Assembly: GCA_052426225.1 (NCBI GenBank)
Contig: JBNJNM010000011.1
Span: 3,720,001 to 3,784,000 of the forward strand
Length of the DNA: 64,000 nucleotides
Origin: Zancudomyces culisetae HAW-14-8
Lineage: Eukaryota; Fungi; Kickxellomycota
Direction: 5' to 3'
A program made the translations under genes and the position numbers. This document shows, piece by piece, positions 49,979 to 63,155 of the stretch (position 1 is its first letter; each line of letters begins with the position of its first letter). Below the pieces are notes generated by a model. It had not been told where the DNA came from and ran no database searches. It saw only the letters and a program-made list of their open reading frames with translations.

Positions 49979-52900
49979 ACAAGACCGAAACCCAGGCAAT
50001 TTTGGATGGCGAGCTGTAATCTATCTTTGAGAATTAAGTGGTTGGGGTAATCAGGGAGGAGCAAGCGATTAAAGCAAGTCAGAGAAGTAGGCAATCTGTA
50101 GAGAGCAGGGTTCGAGTGGTTAGTCTCATCGGGGGATAGTGCACCATCACCATTCTTTTGGATGACAAAGGTCAGCGAGGAGAAACCATTGAGCGGAAGC
50201 CTGGAGCTAGCGGTGACAAAGGCCAAGAGATTTCGTCTTTGGGATTCGTCAAACTGAGAAACAACGTCCCAGAAGGCAACGACTGTTGGATGAGAGGGAT
50301 GGTAGCCATTGTCATAGGCAGTAATAGCTTTCCACTGGTCCAGGTCTAGAGGAACGGTGGTTGAAAGGTCACCAAACAGGAATGAAGATAGGTCGGGGAT
50401 CTTTGAGACAAAGTGAGTCATAGAAGTGACATAGACAAAGCCTGAGTGGATGGCGGAGTATATGTCGAATAGGTCGGTGAGGACAGAGAATTTGAGATAT
50501 TCAACGACAAAATGATGACGAGAAGAAATATCGACAAAAATATTTGAGCCGTTAGGAATGAGTGGGATGTTGATGATGCGAGTAGGATCAAAGGGAAGTA
50601 TATCGGATTTGTCAAGGTAACGACGGGTTCTGGAACCAAAGGGATCAGCCAATGTTATTGACCAAGTTTGGCAAAAGACGTCCTGAAAATCACCAGCATC
50701 GTCAGAGTATTCAAGAAGAGCTCTGAGGCCCTTAGTTAGGGTGGGATAAGTGGAGGCGCAGTACGTTAGCCAGGAATTGGCATCCCAGGTATTAGTCATG
50801 TCTTCGAAGGAATATTTGTTGCTGGAGCAGATATTGTCGGTCAGGATTCTTGATAGAGGCGCAACAAGTTGGTCATCAAGCACAACGCGGTTTACTAGAG
50901 CAAGACCAAGCATACAACCAATGAGCTCATACTCGGGCAAGTATTCGCGGCTGACGGCACCATTGGGCATCAGAAGGGTGGAATCTGGCTCAGGATGGAG
51001 AAACAGACCTAGAATTGGATCAAAGACGGATGAAAAAAACAGATTGAAGAACTCCTTGGTAACGCCACCCATGTCGACACCGTCCTCGCCACTATCGACG
51101 AAACGCACTTTAAAGGGATACTGTAGACGGTGCTTGTTTGCACGTAGCATGTTGAATGTATCTCGGACGATATTTTGCCTGCGCACGCCAAGAACACAAA
51201 ATGGCTCAGACGCCAACTTGATTTGCCGTTTGTACGTTTCACTAAACTCCCAAGTATGTGTACCGCGCAGCAGCGCGTAGATCCGGTCGTTATTGTAGTA
51301 TTTCTCACTAGGTGTTTTTTCGTCGACCAACGAGTCAATACCTTTGATCTTGCGCAGCTGTCCCATTCTACCCAGCCGGCTGAATGCGGCTAAATACTTC
51401 TCCTTCATTCCTTCATGCACCTCAATTCGCATAATCGTGGCCTTCAGCTTGTCACTGAACAAAAATGGATAGTCTAGCACCCGGAATCTATCAGCAGCCC
51501 GGTGGTTCGTGTACTTTTTGTTGTTGGCCATGTTGTTATCTTGCACCTGTTTTTCCCAGTAAATATCGTCCATAAACTGTTCCAGCTCGAAGTCGCTGTC
51601 GGGGATCCGTCGGGACCGTCTATTTAGTTCATATACTATCTTCTGCACCTCTATGAGTTGTGCCAGATATTTGCCTTCGCGATCCCGCTTCAGCTTATTC
51701 TCCTCCTCCTTGTCATTGTAGCTGTTATATACAAACCCACTTACTAGCCTATCGAGCTCCCGCTTCACCAGTCTGACTATTTGTCTATTTGTTTCTATAC
51801 TAACTTTACCAATAACCATTTCTACTTCTGCTCGAAACTTAGCTTCCTCTTTTTGCTTGTCCTCGCCGCAATACTGCTGTCTCCACCTACACACCATTCT
51901 TCCCATGATGATCTGCTCCCTTTCATCCAGCTCCATTTTCTTTATTTGATTATCCTTTTCCTCTCTTTTTTTGTTTTCTTTGCTTTTATCCATCGCTCCT
52001 TGAATAATAATTGCCTTAACAATCGCATCCTTTTCTGCACGTACATACAACCCCAGCTCTATCCTTTCCAACCCCCTTATCACCTCTTCTCTATATTTTC
52101 CAACCATTTTACCAAATTTCTCGGCCTTATCTATCTGAATCCATCCCTCTATTTCCGTTTTATTTCCCTTTCCACCCTCCCCATTGAAACTAGCTACTAG
52201 ATTTTCAACTTTTCCCAATATTACCCTAATTGCTCTAATCATTATTTCGTCTTTTCTACTAACTCTCCCTACGGTTTTCGTATCCATCTCCTTTTTGTTT
52301 ATAGATTCCGTCTTTAATTGCGATACTTCCGCCTTTGTTTTGTTACCATCATTGCTCTTGCTGGTATTCTGATTTAACAAACAGCCGATGATACTTTCCA
52401 GACCTTTTACCTCTCTATGTGCTTTGCCTTTACATTCACACATTTCTTCATCCTTTTCTTGTTCATTTCCTTCTTTGCTTACCTTCTCAATATTACCAAA
52501 ACCGGATACAGTGCTACCCGATAGGATATCGACATGCGGTTCCATTTCCAGACCCCTGTATTTGCAGGTATACGCATATCCATCCTCATTCGGTTCTTTA
52601 TTTTCGTTGGTATAACTCCCCTCTGTTTGCACTGCCTCGGTGTTACCGCTTCTACCCGACATCATCTTTTCAATCGCCAGCCGCAATGCCAATTCTTGTA
52701 TCTGGGTTTTATTCATTTTATTAACCATGCTGGAAGTTGTGTTACATTCCGCATCTTTCTTACAGTATTTTGAGTAACATTTTGGAGAACCACAACCTTT
52801 CGTCAACTGAACTTCAAACCTATTTAGTTTTTTTCATTTCATTTTTTTTTTTTGATTAGTTGTTGCTGCTAAAATTTTAAGAACAATTACCACTAAAACA

Positions 52901-53098
52901 TCCGACTTTGAATTATCATAATCTCATACACCTTTTTTTGGAAACTAAAACAAATAGCAAAACAAAGAAATCAATAGAAGGAAACTGCCCAAACTTGGAT
53001 CCATACCTTTCTTTGTAATGTTCAAGCTTTTCAATAATCCTTTTCCGTTGCTGCCCAGTAATCAGCATTTCTGGCTCCAACATATTTCCCCCTTCCAT
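49975..53098 (-). CDS. HECT E3 ligase with N-terminal AZUL zinc domain (UBE3A/E6AP-like); exons 53098-53007, 52819-49975
   Basis: Splicing gives [21 protein letters not shown] (AZUL-like); [15 protein letters not shown]; [16 protein letters not shown]; C-terminal GFGLV. Confidence 0.9.
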
Positions 53099-54175
53099 CT
53101 TTCTATATTGATTATATTTCAGGTTTTTTCCTGTTCCCGACTTTAAAGTAGTTAGTCTAATTATTGCTATCAGCTATAGTAACGAAATAAATGTCAACCT
53201 TCAACTAAACATTTCACAACTTTATTTGTGTTTTTACGTAGCTGGATGAAACCATATAGCTTGACCATAGCCAATAGTAAAATACAATAGTGAAATCGAG
53301 CTATATTTGTGTTGAAATTGAATTGCTGCGTAACCTCTTACCTGGCAGCTTAACTCAAGCACCTGATTCGGGTTATTATCAGGAGCTCTTTTCTCATTTG
53401 TTTGTGGCAATTAGGATTGAAGTCAAATTTCGAAATTCACCAATTCTTTTTTGTATTCTTGGCCAAGAAATTTAGTGGAGTGTTCAATCACTAACGACAT
53501 TCTGTTTGGTTTGCTCTTCTCCTCAGCCAACGTCAAATTAATGGGTAGGGAGAGAAAGAAACAAAAGGAAACTATATGCAAGAACAGATTGTGATCATCA
53601 ATTGACACAATCTATTGGCTTGTTAATATTTTGTAAATGCAGTTTTGTTTGTGAAATAGGATTTGGAAATTGGGGGGGTGGGGGAATGTTTGGAAATTGC
53701 AACCAAAACAATCCTCTTTGCGTCTGACATTTTCCCTAAGAAAAAATAATGGAATAAGAAACAAACAAAGACAAGTAAAAGTTATCTTAAAAAAAAAGTA
53801 AATACAGACAGCCAATGGTAGCATTGAACTGTTATTTGAATTACAAATGAAATACCACAATACAACACTATTCCATGATAATAGAAGATCCATCTTAGTA
53901 CTATTTTGTTAATAAAATTAGCAACTATACCCTTTATGTAGCTATATACAGATATAAAACAGCTAGAAAATAACTTAAACACGCTAATGTGTTGAGGAGG
54001 TATACAACTGGCTCGTTTTTCACACACTACCATCTTTTCTGGCAGAACCTCTCCTCCCTTACCAGCACCTCTAGCGACTAATACGAATTCAATACTTGAA
54101 AAAATAAAACTGATAATAAGAGCAGAAGAAAGAATAAAAACAAGGGTAGGAGTAAATCAAAAGCACGAGAAAAAT

Positions 54176-57100
54176 ATGGACAAAAAGAGAATATACTACG
54201 AAAGGTTGATCGAATACTTTCTCAATCAGTATCTATATACCGATGCCATTTATTATGCCGAGATATACTTTGGACTATTTAACAAATCTGGGACAGTTTT
54301 TTTCCATCTAAAAAGTCGAGCTTCCAATGATGCTTATAAACTTTCTAAAAACGAAAACAAGAATAATAAGCAAAATCCCGTCTCAATTTGTTCTGAGAAC
54401 GATTTACAAAGCATCTACTGGTTAGCGAATGCCTACTTCTCCGCCTGTGAATTCAATACTGCTTACCTTTTGTTGAAAAACCTGTTTGTTGACGCACTTT
54501 TAATCAAAAAAAAAGTATCTAACTTATACCAATTGCTTAATGATTTGAGAAATCTTGATAAAGGACTAAAAATGCCCAAAAGATCTGCTACAAACACCAC
54601 CGCAACACTCATGGACGTAGCATTTGATCAAACCTTTGCGTCTCGGCCTAATTTTTGTTCCGACCTGAACGATCGTGAATCTATCCGTATGAAAGTCAGA
54701 AACAAGGGGTTTTCTAACAGCTATGAATACTATATTCTTCAGAAGCTTGGGCAGTTTAATCTATTCAATCAGTGCGATTTAAACCAAATTGTGGACAGTT
54801 TTTTTGGAAACACCGAAAAGAATAGCGAATCAAGGGGGATAGAAAACACAACACAGCCATTTAATGCAAATATCAACAATAAGGTTAAATTAAGACACGA
54901 GATTCGCAAATACATACTAAGGCAACTGAAACTGCTTTTAAAAACTCTTTGGCTATATAGCAAAGCGGCCTCAAATACCAATAGACATGCAGACGCAAAA
55001 TCGGTGTTAGAGATACTAAAAGAGTACTACGGCGCATTGAGATACGGTGTTGAAGATTATGAATGCACATCTACTGGTCCAAAAAACTCAGACACTTCTA
55101 CTAATAATGATATTAATATTGTTGGTGGTAAATATGGTGCTGATTATACTCACGAAAGTATACAGCCTAGCGAACGCACTCTAGGCCAAAACGAAATAAA
55201 GATTCTCGAAGGCCACAAAGCTGAGCCAAATGTACCTGAATATAGCACAGTTTTAATAAACTTAGCTCAAACATTTACCGCATTAGGAATCAAACGAAAA
55301 TCGTTAGATTTTTATCAAGAGGCTGTGGAACACAATAATATGAGTCTTAGTGCTATAGAGGGAATGTTGATAAATGAAAAGTTTGACTATTTAGTCGAGC
55401 GCTGCTCTACATTTCGTGATAGTTGTAGCGCACTATCGAAAAAAAGAAAGGAGAAGCTTGTAAAAAATGGGGATCCTGCTCTTAAGGATGGGTATAAAAA
55501 AAACATGTACGAAAACGATACCATCTGCAACATTAATGACAGGAAGAATAATACCAAAAAGGATAATGACCAAACACCCAGTAACAACACGGGTATTGAA
55601 AACAGCCGTTGCGAACGAACCCGTGGTACAGTTTCCGGCGCTAAAAGGCGTCGAAACCGGATGACACCAATGCTTGGACTCTCTGCTGAATATACCAAAA
55701 AGACATGTGAGCTAAGCAAGGTTGTAGCAACTTCAATGATTTTGTTTAAATCGATGGCATTTTTGCATTCATATAAGTATAAGCAAATGGTTTTGGAACT
55801 TGACAAACTCACATCCCTCGATGACTATTCACCGCTAATAAATTCAGGCTTGGTTCTCGGGCTGTATTCTAAAATGGATTTTGAAAGGGGGTTATACTCT
55901 CAAGCGTCCACTTATTTCACAGAGCTCAATAGACTTGGGTTTAACAGGAATTTTGGTGTAAATATATACGAATCTAGCATCTTGTGGCATCTTGGTGATA
56001 AATTGGCTATGCATTCTTTACTTACAGCCATGGAAAACAGAGGGTTAGATGATAGCTATTTATACTGGGTGTGTTTGGGAAACTTGGGCTCTCTTAACGG
56101 CAAAATTAAATGCTCTATTTATGCGTTTATCAATGCACTCAAATATTTGTATAACAAACATTTGCAAAAATCTACTTTTGATACACAAGAACTAAAGCTA
56201 TGTATTATTGAAAATGAAACCGCAAACAATACTCACGAGGATTATAGCGGTAGCAATCAAAACAATCTTGAAGACAGGTTGGATCTTAAAGACCTAGCTT
56301 CAGAGATTTACAGTATCAACAAACATGACCAAGCTGAGTATACAAGCTCTTCTAAACCGTGGATTTACAAAAACGACTGTATTGCTTACATTTATACACT
56401 ACTTGGGCATGAGTTCAGCACTCTTAAAGCATATGAATTGGCAGTTTTCGCCTATAGCAGAGCGATGTATCAGTCACCATCCATGTACAACGCGTACTAT
56501 GGACTTGGTATGGTTTATCTACAGACTTTTAAAAGCTCTTTGAGTAAAAAGTACCTTGAGCACGCCATTTCTAAAAATAGCTCTAACCCCATGCTGTACT
56601 GCTCATTGGCCTTAGTCATCTCTTCAAAAGATTTTAACAAAGCCCTCGAATTGTATGTAACGGCTAGCGTTTTAAACTCTAACATGTTCAACAGTGCTAT
56701 AAATTTACATATTGTAACAGGGGTCTGCGAGTTGTATTACAAAAATAACCACTATATGAAATGTGCTAATCTAATCACCAACTTACCACGTCTTGAGGCG
56801 CTTGGTTGCATTGCCTACACGACATCGTATGAACTAACCTTATTACTTGCAAAGTCGTGTTACAAGTTAGGACTGCTTGATTTGGCATACAAACACTTTA
56901 TGTCCAGCTACCAACTACTACCTACACCTGAGCTACCGGCTTGGAATAGCCAGGAAAAAGACACTAACAATACCGCTACTCACACCAGTTATAAAAACGA
57001 TGAACACTACGACAGTATATATAGTGGTGGCAGAGAAGAGATTGTACATTACCTGGGCCTGATAGAAGCTGATGATAGTTTTTCTTCCTCATACACTCAT

Positions 57101-57256
57101 ACCAACGAGCCATCACACAATGGTATAGGTGGTGACAGCCATACTAATAATATTAATGATGACGCTTTTATCTTTGGCCGTGATGAATGGTTAGAAATGT
57201 TTAATGCTACCAGATATGCTGACAATACTATTGAAAACTGTTTGGAGTTTTTGTAA
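54176..57256 (+). CDS. CDC27: Anaphase-promoting complex TPR subunit Cdc27/APC3 (divergent)
   Basis: YLYTDAIYYAE N-terminus; SSILWHL, WVCLGN, YTLLGHEF, MYNAYYGLGMVY TPR motifs typical of Cdc27. Confidence 0.8.
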   Translation: MDKKRIYYERLIEYFLNQYLYTDAIYYAEIYFGLFNKSGTVFFHLKSRASNDAYKLSKNENKNNKQNPVSICSENDLQSIYWLANAYFSACEFNTAYLLLKNLFVDALLIKKKVSNLYQLLNDLRNLDKGLKMPKRSATNTTATLMDVAFDQTFASRPNFCSDLNDRESIRMKVRNKGFSNSYEYYILQKLGQFNLFNQCDLNQIVDSFFGNTEKNSESRGIENTTQPFNANINNKVKLRHEIRKYILRQLKLLLKTLWLYSKAASNTNRHADAKSVLEILKEYYGALRYGVEDYECTSTGPKNSDTSTNNDINIVGGKYGADYTHESIQPSERTLGQNEIKILEGHKAEPNVPEYSTVLINLAQTFTALGIKRKSLDFYQEAVEHNNMSLSAIEGMLINEKFDYLVERCSTFRDSCSALSKKRKEKLVKNGDPALKDGYKKNMYENDTICNINDRKNNTKKDNDQTPSNNTGIENSRCERTRGTVSGAKRRRNRMTPMLGLSAEYTKKTCELSKVVATSMILFKSMAFLHSYKYKQMVLELDKLTSLDDYSPLINSGLVLGLYSKMDFERGLYSQASTYFTELNRLGFNRNFGVNIYESSILWHLGDKLAMHSLLTAMENRGLDDSYLYWVCLGNLGSLNGKIKCSIYAFINALKYLYNKHLQKSTFDTQELKLCIIENETANNTHEDYSGSNQNNLEDRLDLKDLASEIYSINKHDQAEYTSSSKPWIYKNDCIAYIYTLLGHEFSTLKAYELAVFAYSRAMYQSPSMYNAYYGLGMVYLQTFKSSLSKKYLEHAISKNSSNPMLYCSLALVISSKDFNKALELYVTASVLNSNMFNSAINLHIVTGVCELYYKNNHYMKCANLITNLPRLEALGCIAYTTSYELTLLLAKSCYKLGLLDLAYKHFMSSYQLLPTPELPAWNSQEKDTNNTATHTSYKNDEHYDSIYSGGREEIVHYLGLIEADDSFSSSYTHTNEPSHNGIGGDSHTNNINDDAFIFGRDEWLEMFNATRYADNTIENCLEFL

Positions 57257-60200
57257 GCATCTGATTTTCTAGTAAACATTTTGCCTCTTTTAAAAGATAG
57301 GACTTAGATCCTCCTGATAGTATAAAAAGGAGCTTAAACATCTTGTCAACATGTGATACCTACATCTTATGATGATACCGAGATAAGACTTGCACCTACT
57401 TTTAAAGGTAGAGTATTTGATGGATTCGTTATATAAATTTTGACTTTTTACCCTGGCTGAATGCTTCTTTTATGTAGTTCTATACAACAATACCAATACA
57501 TCGAGTTTACAGATTATAAACAAGTGAAGTATTAGTGAGCTTAGCTTTTGGATTTACACTTCAACAATCTCTCGAATTATGATGCGATGAAAATTATTTT
57601 TCATACAATCTCCCACCTGATATGCCTCCACAACCATCATGCTTTTTTTTTCAAAAAGTCATAGATTTTTGGCTACATCATTTCATTTCTTGGTAACCGC
57701 TTTCGTTTTTGGATGTAAATGTCTGTGAAATATAGCAGTAAAACCTCAATTTACGACTTTAACCCCTCTATTACATTTCCTGCAGCTTGTGAGCAATAAC
57801 AAACACCAGAAAACGTATAAATATGGCTCCCATTTACCCATCCCCCCCACCTGCCACTTCCTTCTTCCTTCATTAGACTGCGTGTGGCATCGCCTTTATC
57901 TATTTAAAAAAAGTCGAGTAAATCCACTGTGGCAACACTATTCTTTTAAATACGGGCATTTTCTGTATTGCATCAAACGCATAGATAAAGTTTATTTCAT
58001 TTATACGTGTACTTTTGCATAATATCTAGGCTGAAAACAAACAACATGAATTAGTGAAAACAGAACCTAAGGTCTAAAATTTAAAATCTAAAATGAGAAT
58101 TAACGAAAAAGAGTTTTACATTGCAAAAAAAATTCCCTTTGATCTCAAAAGCAAAGATATGTATGGCTGCATCCTATGTTTAGTGGAATTTATACTGAGA
58201 CCATTCACACTAATGGATCATGTATTTGATACTCATTATGAACTCAGAAGATGCACCTGGAGGTGGTGTTAGCAAACACTTATACCTTCAAATCAGTTGG
58301 CACAACATGTTTTGCTTGAACACAATGGATATTTTTGAAATAGCTTTTTGCCACACATATTATACAAAGCTCCTATATTAGATATAAAACTAGTTCTTTG
58401 CCTTTCAGTTGATTTGCTCTTCTAGTTCACGCTTATGCTTGATGGTTTGTAAAATCATATCCTAGAAAGTTTTAATTTTATATTTACAATACGGCTAAAA
58501 CAGATGTTACAATCTTAAATCGAATGACCTATCACAGTTAAAGTTGGTTTTTAATATATGGTAATTAACCCAGCCTCTCAGTTATGGCGGCAACTCATTT
58601 AGGCAGTCACCAAATATTAAAATAACTTTCAAATAATCCAAATTATTAAGTAACAATCCTCGCTTTTTTTCTTTGATTTTGTGATGTGAAGGCGAGATAA
58701 TAAAAGATCATCGCATACATAGAAAGCTGTTTTACCTATCCTTTTTGTGCATCTTTCTTGTTATATGCTGATATTTTGTTAAAACTCAGTGACCCAGTAG
58801 TGGTTGGTATCAAGCCTAAATTTTTCTACACGTATTGCCGTTTTTGCCTAGAAAATGGTGTAACACTATTATCTTGGGAGTGTATGGGCACATGACATAA
58901 TTTTCATTTGTGCCTCGAGATTGTCTTTGTAATGCTTTTTTCTCGTCCATTTTTTGTTTTGTTTACTATGATATGATTCAATAGCGAATAATAGCCCTAA
59001 ATTGTGAACAAAATAGGAAGGTTTAAACAAATTGTCATTGGTTTGGAAATTTGACAAAATTGGGAAACTCGTGCGAAGGTTCCTTTTCTAGCCATTACCT
59101 CCACTCCTCCCAACATTTGAAATATAAAATCGTTTTCATGTGAAACTTAGGGTCTCTAATGCTGTCTATAGTGGAGGCGCCGAGCTTAAGAGGTTCAGAA
59201 ATGTATCCAGCCTTACTGCCTAACATCCAGGTTACAACAAATCCAGTATATTGAATTAGAAAAAGCAAAAGCTGGTCATAGCAACAGAATAGTATAATTG
59301 AATCTAGTGACGTCGTCAGCACTAATAAACAACCGGGAATATTAGAAAAATACATCCAATATACGCTTGTTATAACATGAATATAGCTGATCCAATTTAG
59401 ACACAAGGGAGGGGTGACTTCATCAATGATTGTGGCTATCAGATTTAACGTAAGCCGTCCTAGCACCTTTTAATTAAACAGTACTCTTTTAGTTTAACTC
59501 GATTTTATTTGTAATATGACCTTGCCCTAAAATGTTCCAATAGTAAAAGCATTCACAACTGAACTCCAAGGTCTAAAATTTTATTACATAGTGCAATGCA
59601 ACTCTTTATGGCTAAAGACCGTCAAAGTATTTTATTTGTTAGGAAAAAAATGCCCCCGCTAACCGAAGGTCGCACTATTTTCTTGTTTTGAAAAATACAC
59701 AAACAAATGCAAGACAAATGGCTAAAATTGCCAGGCTAAAGCTTCTGCTAGCTTTTGTAGTTACATTTGTTCAACCCATCTTCATCATACAAATTATATT
59801 AATTCAAATATTTTTTACCATTTAAAGACCATTTTTATGTAACACAATATAAATATGGCCTCACAAATGAAACAAAACTAAGAAAATAGATTGTCTCCAA
59901 TATACATCTGGTTGATCTTAGGTAATCTAACTTTATCTGTTCCCTACTTTTGCTCTTAAAATTGAACCAGACGTATGTTTGGTTTTACGATTTGCCAATA
60001 CTGGTCTAGGTTGCTTGTATGCATTAAACACGCTAAATCATTATCTTCGGGCCAAAAGATAGATTAATCATCCGATGACCTTTGGATATACTGTTGTGAT
60101 AAATATTATGTAACGCTCCAGGGCTAGAACAGTCTTTTTCATTTAAAAGACTAATTCTTCTTTTTTTTGAAGGAACAGTGTGATTTAGCATATTGCAAGT

Positions 60201-60577
60201 ATGTGATTCATTCATACTAGGCAAATCGGTTTATTTCGTGTTTTTTTTTTATAGGCAAAAGGGAAAATCAAAAAAAAAATTAATCAGCTTTGAAAAAAAA
60301 AATCGTTTATACAACAAGGTCACTAAAAGCCAACTTTTAAGCTCATTGTATGCTCTGTTTTCATTTAAAACCCAATTAAAGTGTCATATTTATTTTTCTC
60401 CAGAAACACAGAGCTTGGTGATAAAAAAACGTGTCACTAAAAAATCAAAAAACTACTAGTGACATAATCCATGTAGTCCAAATTTCTTTAATCTTGGTGT
60501 TTTTTAATCAATCCCTATTAAACAAAAAACCCCCCTTTCTAGCATGGTGGGTTGTATATGGGTATGGGGTGGAGATA

Positions 60578-60625
60578 CTGAGTTTGAGTATGAGTACGAG
60601 TATGAGTACAAGTATGAGTTTGATA
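60578..60625. repeat. Imperfect (TGAGTA)n microsatellite
   Basis: tgagtt-tgagta-tgagta-cgagta-tgagta-caagta-tgagtt. Confidence 0.85.
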
Positions 60626-61439
60626 TGCATATGGAGTGGATTCCTGTGCTAGTATTTAGACTAACTAACCCACACATAGCAAACAACCAATATCTTTTCT
60701 ACCCCTTAAACCCTATTCAGGTTATTTTGGCGCATTTTTTGCCAATCTATTGACCCATTCAGCAATTATTTTATGCTGTAAAGTGCAAGTATACTCGTTG
60801 ATTCTTACTAAAATGCGATATTTAATTACAATTTTTGAAATTATTTTTATTTCAGCACTGGAACCCTTTCGGCTAGTTGGGAGCACATATTTTGAAAATA
60901 TCATTAATAATTATTTGTTTTGATGTGGGCTCTTTTCAGCGTCTGGGATAACATGAAAAATAAAACTAAAAGGAAAAAACCAAATAAAAAAATGGAAATT
61001 TGTGCTTTAGTAACCATTGTATAAGCGTTAAAAATAATGCTAAATGTTGCAAATTTTGTCAATCAAAATCTCAAAAAAATGCTATTTTATTTTTTACTGC
61101 TGCTTGTTTGCATTTTGCTTGGAATCAAGAAAGTAAAAACAGGGATATATTCAAACAAATATAAAACCCTGGTACTATGACCAGAATCACCGTGCCCTTT
61201 AAAAAAAATTAAATTGAATTCCAAAAATTCTACACCTAAACCAATAGCAGGTAAAAAAAGAAAAAGAGAAAAGGCAGGAACACTTTTGCGGGAAGCACGT
61301 AGTTTAATGAGTAGAAAGAGTCTTTTATCATTAAACGTAGTTAGGAGCCAGATACTGTAGCTTGACATATACTCTGTAATACTTTTAATCATTCTATAGA
61401 TCTTCAGGTACGATATTAACCTGCAAAGAATAAAAAAAA

Positions 61440-61646
61440 ATGTCTTTAAGAGTAGAAGATCTAGACGCTTATGGATGTTCGATATGCGAAGTTGAGTTTG
61501 AAAGAAGACCATTCACCTTTATGGATCATGTAGTTAGCCGTCATCCCAATATGAAAACATGCCCATACAGAAGATGTCAGCAGGACTTTCCGACGGCCAC
61601 TCAAATGGCCCAGCATGTGTTACTTGATCACCATGGATATCTTTAA
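61440..61646 (+). CDS. 68-aa microprotein with two C2H2 zinc fingers
   Basis: CSIC-x13-H-x4-H and CPYRRC-x12-H-x4-H; A-rich start context; GC content above flanks. Confidence 0.8.
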   Translation: MSLRVEDLDAYGCSICEVEFERRPFTFMDHVVSRHPNMKTCPYRRCQQDFPTATQMAQHVLLDHHGYL

Positions 61647-63155
61647 GATCATAGAGACTTGGCCATTCATGCTGTATAGCCGCTACCTGTATCCTATAAG
61701 AATCATTCTTAAATGTATAATTATATTGCTGTGCTATAAGCACAGATGGGTGTATGTTATTTTTAATGACCTACCGTATTTTTAATGCATCTATTTTACT
61801 CGCTAATATCATCAATTACATTATTATCATTGTCACTGCATTTGTATTATCGTCGAAATGAAGAAAATAATGGAAAAGTACACCAATAACAAGAAAGACG
61901 GCAGGAGGTGCTCCAAATCAAATATCGATTCAAACTTGGAATAGGTCATGTGTAGGGTATGACTACGAATAGTTGTATATGTGTCTGTGTATGTGTAAAC
62001 GCTTGGTCTTAGCTTCTTGATTGTTATATGGAATACAACAGCAGTTCAAACGCTACTTTGTGTGGTTTTGACTTTTTATGTATTGTCCTACATTTAAAAC
62101 CGCACTCAGTTTACTTTTCGTTCTTGTGGGCTATGTGCGCTAGCAATTAAATGTTGGTTTTTATTAAAATTCACAATTGTGTATAATACTTAGAATAAAT
62201 AAAATAGCAATTTTGCGACCTTCTGCTGATTGTGAGGTTTTTTAATGTCGAAATATGTTCTCATCATTAGTCATTTACGTGAATCTAAAAGTAGTGGTAA
62301 AAATTAGCCCAACTCTACTATAAAAGCAGTCATTTAAACTATCAATCTTAAATATATACTTGTATACTTGTGTTCTAGGGGCATCACGTGCGATTAAAAA
62401 AACAGAGCATAACCATGGATCTCAAAATGCTAGGAGAGTCCCCTCTTTCAACAAAGTTAAACATAAAATAGCTGAAAATGGTAAAGGGTACGTTATTAAG
62501 GGTGTTATCCACGCGAAATATGCTTCTATGGTCAAACAGCTAACTGTTAATAGGTACAATTGATGGCAAACCAAGTCGTTTATTCAAAGCACAAAAAAAC
62601 AAAAGCAGAAACAAAAAGACAAAAAACATAATAAGCCCCAACTTTGGCTATAACCCCAATGCAGCCTTTTGGATTCGATCTTTTTTTGTTATAATTTGTC
62701 TTGTGTGTCCAACGACTATCAATGTTAATTTTCATAAAGGTTTAATGTCTAGTCACTTTATTTAAGTATAAATCATACCTTAAAGCTCTTCAAACCACAA
62801 AAGAAATAAGATTATGAGGGAGGAACACAAATAACAAAACTAGCTAAGGTCCTGTACTACATGCTTGCTCGTTTATTAGGGATCAAATATAATCAGACAC
62901 TTCCACTCCACATACATTTTTGACTCCCACAACTTCTGGTAAGGTCTGATGTAGAATATCCGTAGCAATCCAATAAGTTTAATATATAGCTAGTCTTACA
63001 TTCAAAGATAGATAAAAATGTTGTTTTGGATAAAGACATAAATTTACTTTACAGATGATTGGCGTGGGTATTACATCACATGCATTACTTTTGGTCTTAA
63101 AGATATAAGAGAAAGGAAAGGGAAAAGAGTAGCACTTAAAAGCGAGTGTATATGA

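Noticed and set aside
50750-51338. 176-aa and 109-aa ORFs overlapping the HECT gene
   Set aside because: Antisense or alternative-frame shadows of a GC-richer coding stretch, with no motifs.
53335-53350. CTTACCTGGCAG resembling the U1 snRNA 5' end
   Set aside because: No U1-70K loop (GATCACGAAG), loop II or Sm site follows; better explained as a minus-strand splice donor.
60504-60753. Short ORFs containing EYEYEY, SMSTSM or YSYSYS
   Set aside because: All three are translations of one hexamer microsatellite.
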